This document shows positions 34,707 to 45,508 of a stretch of 64,000 nucleotides of DNA, piece after piece (the first letter of the stretch is position 1; each line of letters begins with the position of its first letter). The notes under the pieces are model-generated. The model had not been told where the DNA came from and searched no databases. It saw only the letters and a list, made by a program, of their open reading frames with translations. Both the position numbers and the translations under genes were made by a program. This stretch comes from Schizochytrium sp. TIO01 (Eukaryota; Protista; Bigyra: Labyrinthulomycetes): NCBI GenBank assembly GCA_004764695.1, contig SMSO01000032.1:6604483-6668482 (forward strand), written 5' to 3'.

Positions 34707-36263
34707 TCAATTATTCACAACTGTCACACAGGTAGGTGAGCTCTCACCGTCGCTTTTACCATCGTGAATTGCCATAGCAGTTCCTGCCACCATGGCCACG
34801 ACGCCAAAAACAAGCATGATTAAAGGCACCCAAAAGTCTCGCAATGCTGCTAGTCGTCCAGCAAATGAAGGTCTGTAGTACGGATGCCCTTTGTCAAAAG
34901 ATTTCACACTCCGATGCCACATGACACGGATGGAATGCACCTTGAAGTGGCACATCGACGGCAAAATAAAAGCCAACATGCTAGCACTCAGAGCACCAGT
35001 AAGCTCAAGAATCACACCTAAATCTGTCACTGACAGACCAATGATTGTGGTGATCACCCAAAGAGCGATCGTGAGACCAAAATGCCAGTAATTAGACATC
35101 CGCCGATTGCCATGGAGAGTAGGAGAATAACCATTGAAAAGTGCGAAGAGCGAGTGGCGCGCGACAAAGTTTTCCATGGGATATGTAAACACCATAGTAA
35201 TGGCCAGAAGAAACCGTGCGACATTGCTAGTGACATCATTGCAAGGGAAGTTGTTCAGAATATTTGGCTCAGTTTGCTCGAAGAAGGTCACATAACCCGC
35301 CAATGATAGAGCTATCGACATTGCCATCGCTGTACTGACCGCTCCTACATTCACTTTACTCCACTCCTCTGTGGTCGGCACCTTAAGAGTGTTAAAGACA
35401 ATAAGAGACGCATGTTGACATACGTAGGCAAACGAGATGGCTCCAAGTCCCGCAAATAGAGACGGCTTCGCAAAAGAGAAATCAGGTACAATCGGTCCCC
35501 GCTCCGCCTCGGGCCATGTTGCTGAAGCATAGGCGGCTCGAACAATTACTAACAAAATAATCACACCGTCCGCGGTAATCGACAAAGACGAACTCCATGA
35601 GAGTGTGGCCATGTCCCGCAGCATGCTGAGCGGCAGAATGATTAACAAAGAAAAAAGGAACACGACTAAGCGGCGGTCTGTCTGTACATCAAACAAATGA
35701 TCTAGTACCACCGGGATCGTATCCCCAACGATTACTAGGTATGCACACATGGCCCCGAAGGCAAATATCGTCATGAACAGCGAGACAACCATGAAACCAA
35801 CTGTTCCAAAGCAGTGTCTACACAGGCCTTCATAGCTTCGACGTTCCACAAGCACACCAAGCTCAACGAGCGTGCGCACACTATAAAACGTGAAGTACCC
35901 AACAAGAAATAGTAAGATAAAGCCCATAATAAACCCACATTCAGCAACCGCAAATGGAAGTCCAATTACGCCTGCCCCAACAATACTATTTACGAAGTTG
36001 AAACATGCACCAAGTTTACCGCTATTCCCTGGCTCAATTTCATCATCGTCACCATTATCGCCGAGTCCAAGACCTTCAGCATCGGGACCCCCATGAGTAA
36101 CGCCAACAAATCCGTCCTCGCGATTTTCGGAGGCATCAGTTATTGTTTTGCCATGGAACCCATCAACATCCGCGAGTTCAATGCTGCTCGATTCCCCCGA
36201 GCCCGTTAGTGAGACGTCATTGAGCTCTATATCGCGTACTTTAGTGCCCTCCGAGCCCAACAT
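34707..36263 (-). CDS. SLC38A11: Amino acid transporter, AAAP/SLC38A11-like
   Basis: FNFVNSIVGAGVIGLPFA, ISFAYVCQH and TYPMENFVAR motifs; about 11 TM helices. Confidence 0.88.
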   Translation of the reverse strand: MLGSEGTKVRDIELNDVSLTGSGESSSIELADVDGFHGKTITDASENREDGFVGVTHGGPDAEGLGLGDNGDDDEIEPGNSGKLGACFNFVNSIVGAGVIGLPFAVAECGFIMGFILLFLVGYFTFYSVRTLVELGVLVERRSYEGLCRHCFGTVGFMVVSLFMTIFAFGAMCAYLVIVGDTIPVVLDHLFDVQTDRRLVVFLFSLLIILPLSMLRDMATLSWSSSLSITADGVIILLVIVRAAYASATWPEAERGPIVPDFSFAKPSLFAGLGAISFAYVCQHASLIVFNTLKVPTTEEWSKVNVGAVSTAMAMSIALSLAGYVTFFEQTEPNILNNFPCNDVTSNVARFLLAITMVFTYPMENFVARHSLFALFNGYSPTLHGNRRMSNYWHFGLTIALWVITTIIGLSVTDLGVILELTGALSASMLAFILPSMCHFKVHSIRVMWHRSVKSFDKGHPYYRPSFAGRLAALRDFWVPLIMLVFGVVAMVAGTAMAIHDGKSDGESSPTCVTVVNN

Positions 36264-36723
36264 GGCGCTGCGATGCCGTCAAACCAACGAAAGCACGCTC
36301 AGTCAGCAACACTCCCAACGTAGGCAACACTACCTCTGCAAAAACCTCCAAGGTCACAATAGGGCAAGGTCGTAGCGAAGGGGGGGAGAACTGAGTGACC
36401 TTGATTTATAGTTTACAGGCACCCTGCAAAAGAAAGGCGTTTGATCGGAGCCTGGATCTTGAACGAGGTCCCAATTAGCGTTTCCATTGAACTGTCTTTC
36501 TGGGTACTTGCTATTTAACTGGTAGTCTAGTACTAGCTAGTGCTGGCAGAGGAGACATTCACCATAGTATCGCAGCATGCAATCTGAATAGCTTTCAGAA
36601 TCAAGGGGGCAATGGTGGTTTGATAAGATCAGTAGGTTCTTGTGCAAGAACATTAGAGAGTTAAAGCACCAGAGCCCTCTTATCTGTGCGTATTCGGATA
36701 AAGAAATGAACTTGGTTCTTAAT

Positions 36724-39630
36724 TTATGACTCTGAGTGAAGGTTGTCAGCGCTATTGTAGTTGTTTAGATCCAGCTCACAGCCGAAGGCATTGAGGTGAA
36801 GCACCTGAGAGGAGGTAGTGGCTGTTGACATGACAGCATTGGCCTGCTCCAAAAGTCTTCGGCCGCTTTCTCCTCGCAGAAGAAAAGGAGCAAGAGTACG
36901 ACCGATAAATGTTGGTAAAGAGGAAACGGCCAACGAAGACGCTGAGCAGTCATGATCATGTCCTTCCGTACATTCATGAGATCCAAAGTGTTGATGGTGA
37001 TTAAGCGAGGTATGTGGCGGAGAGCCAGATGATTTCGCATGAAGATCCTGCTCTTGAGTGATGTCCAATCCTTCGGGACAAGAAGTAACAGCGATCAAAC
37101 CTCCTGCAAGGTCTAAGAAAGTTGGTAGAAGATCTAGCGAGCTCATCGCAACTTGAAGACCGTTTTGTCTACGATCAAGGTCAGCCCGACCACAACGACG
37201 AATCTGTGAGTTTCTAACTTGAACATTCGGACAAAAGTCGCTACGAAGCTCTACAATTGTATCTCTTGCTAGCTTTGCATCGGTATCTCCGTTATCAATT
37301 TCAGAATGTGCAATACCTGCAACACTATTTACAACAGTGTAAGTTTTACTATCACAAGGGATAGTTTCCGGTGAAGTTGGGTCGTTCACTTCAGGCACAT
37401 TATTCCCTAGGTTCAAGGTGCCGTCCTGGCATATAGAAGGTAAGAGTTTTACCCTGTCACCAGAACGTACATTTTGTGCATTGTTCGGTTGAAGCCCCTC
37501 GGCTACAATGTAACAGTCTTTCACCAGCGCATCCGAGCCTTCAACAATACACGCAGTAGCAAGAACCTGAACAAGGTTGATGTTATGTTCAATTACTCCC
37601 AAAGCAAGTGCGGTGTCCCGCACTAATACGAGTGCGCACTTCGCTTTATTGATTTCAGAATCACTGCATAGGAAATCCTCCACCTCTAGGCTCAATAAGC
37701 TTGAGTCTGACTCTGAATGGATATTCCATTGGCAAATAGATACCCCTTGTGCCAAGTGCACATTCTTCATAGGATCTTCGCCCGCTTGAGAGCCCTCAGG
37801 ACGACCAGAGAAAACTGCTCTTCCACACGCCTCTGCGCTAGAACGATCACTCCTGATTATATTTGGTAGATGAAGTGTGTCTGGACGTTGCCGAGGCGGT
37901 ATGCACTCCAAAATCTTCTGCCCAAAATCAGAGCTGTAAGCGTCACTTGAAGTGACTAAAACTACAAAGAGTGCAGGTGTAGGTTTTCGGGGCCTGAGTG
38001 CAGCATCCATATCCTCAATTGAGGAATACGTGTGAAATGGCGAATCAGCACCCCACTCAACGCCAGATATAAATGGATATTTAATCCCAGCTCCTGGTGC
38101 TTGTCGAGGCAACGTCACTTGGCCCAGTTGGCGCCATAGACCTAAGCAAGATGTTTTCTCCTTCTCGATTCGTGTGTATAATTCTGCGAGTGACTCCCCT
38201 CCTTCTTCCTTTGAAACAGCATAAATCTCTGGAACATTGGCACATCTTGGTCTTGCCCGTGCGGTGGGATCATGCTGAAGGATTTTACACATTAGAGCAG
38301 CGCGGTTAATGTCTTCTACTGCAAAACTATACTGGCCAAGTGCTTTATGTGCTAGTGCACGAGCTACCAAAGCATGTGGAAGCTCACATCCCATGGGGGA
38401 GAGCAAGAGAGCTTCCGTGCAGTACTGTATCGCCTCGTTATATCCAGTTTCTCGTTCCACAAACGTTTGAGCCAGTCCAATAAGAACTAACGCTCGAAGG
38501 ACGGAGCTAATGGGCTCCTCTTCTTCGTCACGTTGGCGGCATAGTTTATCAAAAGTAACAAGTAATATTCGAGCTGCAGCAAACTTAATAGCTGCTGAGT
38601 AATGAAAACCTTCACGATGCAAGCGATCTCCTTCGCGCACTAATTTATGCACACTTTTGTGATAAGGACGCTTGTCAGTATACTTGGCAGCTTCTTCTGC
38701 TGCATTTTCTTCAAGAGAATGAGCTTGTCGGGCACGAGCTACTGCTGCTGCTCGTTCATTGAGAGCTTTAACATGTTCTGCGCCCTCTGCCACAGGCGAC
38801 TGACTCAGATGAAGCTGTGCAAGAAGAGGGGCGCCCATTTCTAAAAAGGCCTTGCCGCGCAAAACCCACGCAGAGCCTACGGACTGATCATGAATAAGAA
38901 CCTGACGGAAGGCGTCTACAGCTTCTACCCAATTCTCAAGAAAGAGATGACTCTGGCCTAAAAGCAGCTGAGTTTCTTGCTGCGCACTTCTTACAAGCTT
39001 TGAGAAATCATGCACAGCTTTATCTCCAGGAGCTGCTTTCTTTTCCTCAGTTTCATTGCTTTGGTCTGAGTGATTCCCATGGGAACATCCGTGTTCATGG
39101 GAACATGACATACTATGCTGATGTCCATGTCCGTGATCGTGCCCATGTGAGTGACTGTGTCCATGATTATCGTCATTTCGTGGTGTTTCCGTCTGAGTGA
39201 AGGATATCTCAAGTTCTTTTGCAAGGGTTTCAATACCAGACTTCGATTCTTGGAGGTGACGAATAGCAGCATCAAAGTTGTTTCGTTTCAAAAGACCCAC
39301 CGCTTCTTCGCGCTCCTTCATAAAAATGCCGAACTGTTTGCTCATACTTGCCAATTTTGACGCCTCAATTCTTGCAGTCTCTGCAGCTACATTGTCTTCG
39401 TTATTGCCATTTCGCTTCGCTCTTAAGGCAGCAACTTTTGCTGCTCTATCCTTGCGTTTGGCTTTTTGCTGGAGTTTTGCCAACTCGTTTTTGCGAACCT
39501 TTTCATCCTTTTCGCTTGCCAAAAGCGCTGCTGGGCTTTGTGTGGCATCAGGCCCCTTAGCGGACCCATCAGCTTGCTTCTCAAGCTCTTCATAGTCAAG
39601 ATTGTCCCAGTACTGGTGCGACCTCAGCAT
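36724..39630 (-). CDS. TPR-repeat protein with His-rich tracts and a degenerate sulfatase-like C-terminal region, 968 aa
   Basis: TPR-like helices (LLLGQSHLFLENWVEAVDAFRQVL, AWVLRGKAFLEMG, ALVARALAHKALGQYSFAVEDINRA) and a His tract HGHSHSHGHDHGHGHQH. The sulfatase resemblance is tentative. Confidence 0.75.
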   Translation of the reverse strand: MLRSHQYWDNLDYEELEKQADGSAKGPDATQSPAALLASEKDEKVRKNELAKLQQKAKRKDRAAKVAALRAKRNGNNEDNVAAETARIEASKLASMSKQFGIFMKEREEAVGLLKRNNFDAAIRHLQESKSGIETLAKELEISFTQTETPRNDDNHGHSHSHGHDHGHGHQHSMSCSHEHGCSHGNHSDQSNETEEKKAAPGDKAVHDFSKLVRSAQQETQLLLGQSHLFLENWVEAVDAFRQVLIHDQSVGSAWVLRGKAFLEMGAPLLAQLHLSQSPVAEGAEHVKALNERAAAVARARQAHSLEENAAEEAAKYTDKRPYHKSVHKLVREGDRLHREGFHYSAAIKFAAARILLVTFDKLCRQRDEEEEPISSVLRALVLIGLAQTFVERETGYNEAIQYCTEALLLSPMGCELPHALVARALAHKALGQYSFAVEDINRAALMCKILQHDPTARARPRCANVPEIYAVSKEEGGESLAELYTRIEKEKTSCLGLWRQLGQVTLPRQAPGAGIKYPFISGVEWGADSPFHTYSSIEDMDAALRPRKPTPALFVVLVTSSDAYSSDFGQKILECIPPRQRPDTLHLPNIIRSDRSSAEACGRAVFSGRPEGSQAGEDPMKNVHLAQGVSICQWNIHSESDSSLLSLEVEDFLCSDSEINKAKCALVLVRDTALALGVIEHNINLVQVLATACIVEGSDALVKDCYIVAEGLQPNNAQNVRSGDRVKLLPSICQDGTLNLGNNVPEVNDPTSPETIPCDSKTYTVVNSVAGIAHSEIDNGDTDAKLARDTIVELRSDFCPNVQVRNSQIRRCGRADLDRRQNGLQVAMSSLDLLPTFLDLAGGLIAVTSCPEGLDITQEQDLHAKSSGSPPHTSLNHHQHFGSHECTEGHDHDCSASSLAVSSLPTFIGRTLAPFLLRGESGRRLLEQANAVMSTATTSSQVLHLNAFGCELDLNNYNSADNLHSES

Positions 39631-41236
39631 ATTGTCTGTAGCCTTCTTTAGAGAAGGAGGACCAAGACTTCAGCGCTTTACCGGATGATTCCAGGCGTTA
39701 AAGATCTCGTGCCTCAGTATCAGCACAACAAGCTCAAAGCAAGATTACAGCTGCGAGATATCGTGACTCCCTAGGATACAAGCAGCGCCCGTGTGGCTTT
39801 ATAAGAGGACCTTTCCTCTGTGGTGGTCTTGAGCCAGAGCGGGATTGCTCTTTATGAACTTTGTATAACGAGTTGGTTCAAAAGCTTCTTCTTGTCGTTG
39901 GAGTAAAAAACAATCCTCTTTTCCCCATGGTACAGATGTTATTTTTTGTTTGTTTGTTTGTTTGTTTGTTTTTTAATTATTTTTTTAATTTAAAGAATGT
40001 AAATGCGTAAAAAAATGAAGCACTATGATCTGCAACTCATGATCAATATGATTCATTTCGAAATGAGCAACGGTGTGCAATTAGATTTTAGGTTTCTTCA
40101 GGATGAAGGAGCTCTTTTTTTTCTTATTCTGCTAGACAATAAGCTTTGTTCTTTTCCTTCGATTTTAAAAGTCGAACAATACGTAACGAGGATGTCTCGC
40201 TATGTTCTTGGTTCAGTATTCGAAACAATCTGAGTATCAAGTTGACAAGACTTCAATCGTTCAAGGCGACTCGAACCTAATCGAATAGATCTTTCTTTTA
40301 CTTTGTTTTTTTGGTTTGGGAAATTAGAACTCAGGTTTTTGGTTTTGGTTTATTCAAAGAAATGTTCGGGACACCTTATTAATGAAGAGTTGTTTAACTC
40401 ATAGAGAGACTATCAAAGATTAGCACCATGAACTTCTGTCTAAGCGACTTATAATTGCAATTCATGTCCACCATGTCTAACCATATATAAACATACATCA
40501 AGGGTCTATATGTATATATATACATAATTATTTTTAATATTGTTATTAATTTTAAAAGAATTAGAGATCTTGAGAAACAAAGGACAAAAGAAAAACAGTC
40601 ATTTAGACATAGAGTTGCCAGGAAAGCTTGGTCTCGAGGCATTTCAAGATTTTCCGAAGAAAGATGTTGGCTTTTGTGAGTATATGCCTAAATTCTCCTT
40701 CATCTAATGGAGGCCCCTGCATTGGGAAAATGGGCCAAGTTTTTCTTGCACAACCCAAATTGCAGACTAGCCGTTGACACGCGTTATTTAATAAAGCCGG
40801 TATTTACCCCTTTGTCTCCGTTCTCTCCATTACTATACACGAACAAGAAGCAGATAAATGGCCACCACCTTGCTCCTGTGGCCTAATTCTATAGATACCA
40901 CTCATCTTTAAATGTAAGTCTAGGTTTAGGAGGTTGCTCCTAAGGAAGCTATTCGTTTAGCTCCTATGAAATTCATGCGTGAGTGTGTACTCTAGTCGTT
41001 CAAAGTTAGCTAGTATTGTTGAAGTGATTGCAAGCTGTGTCTTCTCGTCTGCAGACAATTAGCTGTTTGCAAACTAGAAACAAGCGTGCTATATCTTCGC
41101 GTCGTGATCGCCTGTGCGGTCCGTTTGTGACCAAAAGTTTGTATTCATCAGTTCAGTTCCCCACCTCGTGATACTCAGACCGCAATCGGCCAAGGTGCAG
41201 ACGTTGCAGAGGTTTAGCATTGCGAATCATCTTACA

Positions 41237-42229
41237 ATGGCTACTTTAAGCATGGAGGAGAGTAAAGACTACGAGTATGATGATGAGGATTTCCAGGACG
41301 ATGATAGTGACGTGAGTCCAAGGTCTCCAGCGTCGTCGAAGTCCGCCCTTTCACCCAAGTCTCCGGTACATGTCAATGTGATGAAGGCTAATGTCACGCC
41401 GCCTGTGCCAACCTCTAAGCCAAACGCAAATGGATGTTCTGCGCGTGATCGCAAGGCGCCAAAGTGGCTTGCTCTTGAAGAGCTTGAACGCGATCGCACA
41501 CGTGTCTCTTTGAACCGGGATCGTGTGCGAAGCATCACACAGAAACTTTCAAAGCTCCAGCAAGGTCTTGAAAGTGATCGCACTCGGTCTCGGACTGCTT
41601 TTGAATCTCAGCTTAAGGAGTTGCAAGCTAAAATTCAGCATGTTGAGGGTGAACAAGATTCTCGCCTAGAAGAGTGTGACCAACAGATCGAGCATGTCAT
41701 GGAGGCCCTTGGGCAAGAACGTCTTGCTCGCGAGCTCCTCGATGAGCGTAAAACCAAGGAAGCCGAGGCCATTATCAAGAGTGTAGATCTCAAGCTCGAA
41801 GAGCTACGCACTCTTGCTGCAAGTACGGAAGAGGCGCGTACGAGTGAGCTTCGCGACATTCGTGAGCAGTTAGAAACTGAAAAGCGTCTTCGGGCAGAGA
41901 CCGAGGAGAAGTTTGGAGTTCAGCTTTTTGAGCAGGTAGCCCGTTTGACAGAGCAAGTTGACTCTTATAAGGAGCAAAATGGATTGCTCGCAGAACGTGT
42001 TATGTCTCTCGAGGCTAAGGCGAAGCGCGCCGAGGAAACAGCTACTACGGAACGCCAGGCACGTGAAGATTATGAAAGTCATGTCGAGTCCATGCTTGAG
42101 GATCTATGTCTGAAGATGCGCAATGAAATCCTGGCAGAACGCAACGACCGCGAGTCGATGGAAGAAACACTCCTCAAGCTTATTGAGGAAACCTGTGCTC
42201 GCGTTGAAGGAGGTTTAGTAGCTAATTGA
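41237..42229 (+). CDS. SF-assemblin/beta-giardin-like coiled-coil protein
   Basis: Pro/Ser-rich head, then a long coiled coil with recurring E-R-x-A-R-E units ending ERNDRESMEETLLKLIEETCARV. First ATG is at 41237. Confidence 0.72.
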   Translation: MATLSMEESKDYEYDDEDFQDDDSDVSPRSPASSKSALSPKSPVHVNVMKANVTPPVPTSKPNANGCSARDRKAPKWLALEELERDRTRVSLNRDRVRSITQKLSKLQQGLESDRTRSRTAFESQLKELQAKIQHVEGEQDSRLEECDQQIEHVMEALGQERLARELLDERKTKEAEAIIKSVDLKLEELRTLAASTEEARTSELRDIREQLETEKRLRAETEEKFGVQLFEQVARLTEQVDSYKEQNGLLAERVMSLEAKAKRAEETATTERQAREDYESHVESMLEDLCLKMRNEILAERNDRESMEETLLKLIEETCARVEGGLVAN

Positions 42230-43023
42230 AACATTGACACATATGCATATGCTAACCTGTACACCTTAGCGAGTTGGAGGCCCGTGTGTTGAAATATCAA
42301 CCTTCTTCGAACACTTTCTTTTTTTTACAGTACAGTTGAGGAAACTTTGGCTTTATTATTTTTAAGAAGGTGTTTTCCTGACTTGCACAGAGAGCTAGTT
42401 CGTCAACTTTTATGTGGTTCGTCCTTAGTTTGCGAATCGGTAATTTTTTCATGCTATCTGTAAAATGTTTACAGGCAGACAAGATGTTAAAAATTTCCTT
42501 CGCCCTCTACTAGAACATAAATTGCAAACTATTAATACACATTTGTTTTCTTTGCTTAACATATAATACAGTCGCTAATTTACCATGACGAAAATGACTA
42601 AAAACCATCACGGCTCGGCAAAAAGTAGAACTGAGCGCTATTGCGATACAAATTCCTTAATGAATCTAGGGAGGAACAATGAAGAAGTTCTTGTTTATTT
42701 TATTACAGCTAGTAAAGTGTGTTGTCAATGTGCTCAAGTAATACAAAAGCTATCTGGCGCATCAGTCTTTGGCATCTCTTTTTGCGGATATTTATCTATT
42801 CTTATTTTATTTCGTTGTTCATGAGTATATCTTTGATGACCTCAAAAGCTAAGCCGCCTAGGAGCAGTGGGGCAGGTGAGGATTACTATAGATTGATATT
42901 TGCAAATAGCGGGGAAGACAATATATGTTTATACTGACATTCTCCCGGAAAACCTTCAAACCTCCCTCAACAAACGAAGTAGAAAAGGTGCGAGGGAAGC
43001 TAAAGGGCAGTGCTTTCTTTTCA

Positions 43024-44316
43024 TTAAAGAAGTGTTACTAGCACGTGGTTGTCACGACCCTGGAAGAGCATATCACCTTCGTAGTGGATGTGCTTGCGCT
43101 TCTTGGCTCTCATCATAATACCGACCAGTGTGTCGGAAATGTCCTGGTAAGTGATGAAAAGTTTGCCAAAGGTCACGGAAATCTTACCGTCCGGTCCAGG
43201 TTCCCCAATATCCTTAACCACGCTGACGAACTTATCAATTTCTTTGTCGACCCACTCCTGAGCCTTGGCAGCACGTTCGGCAGTTTTGGTACCAGCCTTG
43301 GCACGTCCGTATCCTTCCTCACCAGGACGAGGCGCTGCAGGCCCAGAGAAGTTCGCAGAAAAGGGGTTCTCACGGTCAGCCTCTTGCATACCCTCTACTT
43401 GCTTGTTCCAGCCCTGAATACGGCTAAGGATACCACCAGGAGCAGCCTTTGGTACGGATTTGTGGCGCTCAGCCTGTGCCTTTTTCTGCTCAATAAGTTG
43501 TTCAGCTTCCTCACGTTGCTTGCGCTGTCGCTCTTCGTCAAGGGCCTTTAACTTAGCCTGTTGTTCTTGCCATTTACGCTGTTCTTCACGAGCCTTCTCT
43601 TCTTGCTCACGGCGTCGCTTTTCTTGGAGTTCGGTGCGTTCCTTCTCGATACGCTCTTGTTCGCGTCGTTTGTTCTCGTCCACGAGGCTATCATTGGCGC
43701 GCCTTTGAGCTTTGCGACGGAGTTCCACGCACTCGTTAAGCCACTCTAAAGCTGCCTGATATTCATCCTGAAGGCCTCTGAGCTCGAGTAGAGCTGCACT
43801 TGGGGCATCATCCTCAGGCCGTTGAGCCTGATTTGATGAGCCTCTCGATGGTGATTGCAGTGCAGATTGCCCTTCACGTTCACGAGTTCCGATTTTACGA
43901 AGCACTGTGGCGAGCGTCTGCATCCATTTTTGCTTGGTAGCCTCTGTTACTGCTGCAAAATAGACTGTTTCCTCGAAGTCTGAGAGCAAGAAGCCATGCT
44001 CACGACGGTTGCTGTCTCCGACGTAATGCTCTGCGCCGAGCTCCATAAAGATTTCTTCTGCGTTTTGCGAATTTCCGGCGAGTGTGATCCCAGTCATTGT
44101 TAACTTTGCCTGTGCTTGGGACCACGTTTGTTCCGCTCCACCGTCAGCACGCATATGCCAGAGCTTGCCTTCGAAGAGCACTTCAGTCTCATCTCCACAG
44201 TCCCCATTGCCTCGAATATTGGCGTTGACCTGGGCGAGGAGTTCTCCGTCTTCCACACCTGCAACGCTTATTACCGGGATCTCTAGTGGCACCAGGGGTT
44301 CAATGGAGGCCACCAT
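43024..44316 (-). CDS. PH domain + coiled coil + ABRA/STARS-type Costars actin-binding domain protein
   Basis: PH: VLFEGKLWHMR...YFAAVTEATKQKWMQTL. C-terminus: ENPFS...GYGR..AGTKTAERAAKA...VTFGKLF..YQDISDTLVGIMMRAKKRKHIHYEGDMLFQGRDNHVLVTLL. First ATG is at 44316. Confidence 0.88.
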   Translation of the reverse strand: MVASIEPLVPLEIPVISVAGVEDGELLAQVNANIRGNGDCGDETEVLFEGKLWHMRADGGAEQTWSQAQAKLTMTGITLAGNSQNAEEIFMELGAEHYVGDSNRREHGFLLSDFEETVYFAAVTEATKQKWMQTLATVLRKIGTREREGQSALQSPSRGSSNQAQRPEDDAPSAALLELRGLQDEYQAALEWLNECVELRRKAQRRANDSLVDENKRREQERIEKERTELQEKRRREQEEKAREEQRKWQEQQAKLKALDEERQRKQREEAEQLIEQKKAQAERHKSVPKAAPGGILSRIQGWNKQVEGMQEADRENPFSANFSGPAAPRPGEEGYGRAKAGTKTAERAAKAQEWVDKEIDKFVSVVKDIGEPGPDGKISVTFGKLFITYQDISDTLVGIMMRAKKRKHIHYEGDMLFQGRDNHVLVTLL

Positions 44317-45355
44317 CCTCGTTTCGCAAATCTCTGACTGCCTCGAAACTGTAGCTGTCTTGGCACCCTGTTGCCTATCTGTGGACAACGCTCGAGAGCT
44401 CCACGTTGATGATCTGCGGAGGTCCTGTAGTGGCGCTCGCTCTTTTATTCTAAGACTGCTTTGATGTTATTCACATATCGATTTCGATACTCTTCTCTTC
44501 AAAGTTTCCAAATACACCCATCGTATTCATTTTCTCTTTGCTCACGTGCGGTCGGATGATTACCTCTGCTATACTTGTATTATATTACTTGAGACAAAGT
44601 CAGCCCACCTTGGTCCCGGTAGGGGGAAAAGGAGGTAGGAAAAGTGGCTTCTAAGGGCGTTCTGAAATTAAAAAGGGGGACTGCAAAGGTGTGGGAAGCA
44701 GAGAAGTTTCTTCCCAATAAACTTGTAGCATTTAAGGATGAATACAGAAACAGGTCTAAAGATATTAAGAGGTCTATTTGAGAGATCCGTTTGCATGGAT
44801 GAAAATCTTTTGGGTTAAAAGATACTAGGGAGCTAGGGAGGTACTCGAGGATCTGCTGGTAAATAAGGGGTGGATAATCACAGTTCTGACTACCTACGTT
44901 TATTTTCCCCATGCTGAAGTGAAAAGCGCCTCATAAATAATTCACCTGAGGACCGGGTGTGCGTGTGCAGATTGTAGGATTTTAGATGCACATAGGTGGC
45001 TGTACTGGGGTACTTGATCTTCTAGTTATTATATTTGATGGATGGTATTTATTATGTGGCGAGCAAACGGTACGAACTACTTATGGGTACACACTGGGTA
45101 TATATATTGGTTATGAATATAAAGAGTGCTGAGAACTGCCACAGAAGCGTTTAAATTTTGCACCATATTCCATACTTCAATTAAATTGATATACACCATT
45201 GGAAAGACGAACAAACCGATTGTGTTGCGTGGAAGTCACTCGCTTGGTTGACTGCTTTGCACAAGGCTAGGTATTGGACGGTGTCGCCTTTCGCGCAAGA
45301 GTGAAGCAGTAGTGTAAAGCATTCTGTACTAAACCTAGCTGCCAACTGACAAAAA

Positions 45356-45508
45356 ATGAACTTGCAACAGGTCCTCACATACACTCTCATTTCTCTACTT
45401 TTGTTGACACTCTTTCGCGAGACCGAAGGTCATGCGACCGAAGAGGAGTATCTGGCGACAGTGAAAGACATCGAGAAAGAGTTCAATAATGACCTAGACT
45501 ACCTGTAA
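45356..45508 (+). CDS. Candidate small secreted protein or first exon, 50 aa, below the ORF-track cutoff
   Basis: MNLQQVLTYTLISLLLLTLFRETEGHATEEEYLATVKDIEKEFNNDLDYL*: A-rich start context, signal-peptide-like N-terminus, and a possible GT donor at 45505. Confidence 0.4.
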   Translation: MNLQQVLTYTLISLLLLTLFRETEGHATEEEYLATVKDIEKEFNNDLDYL

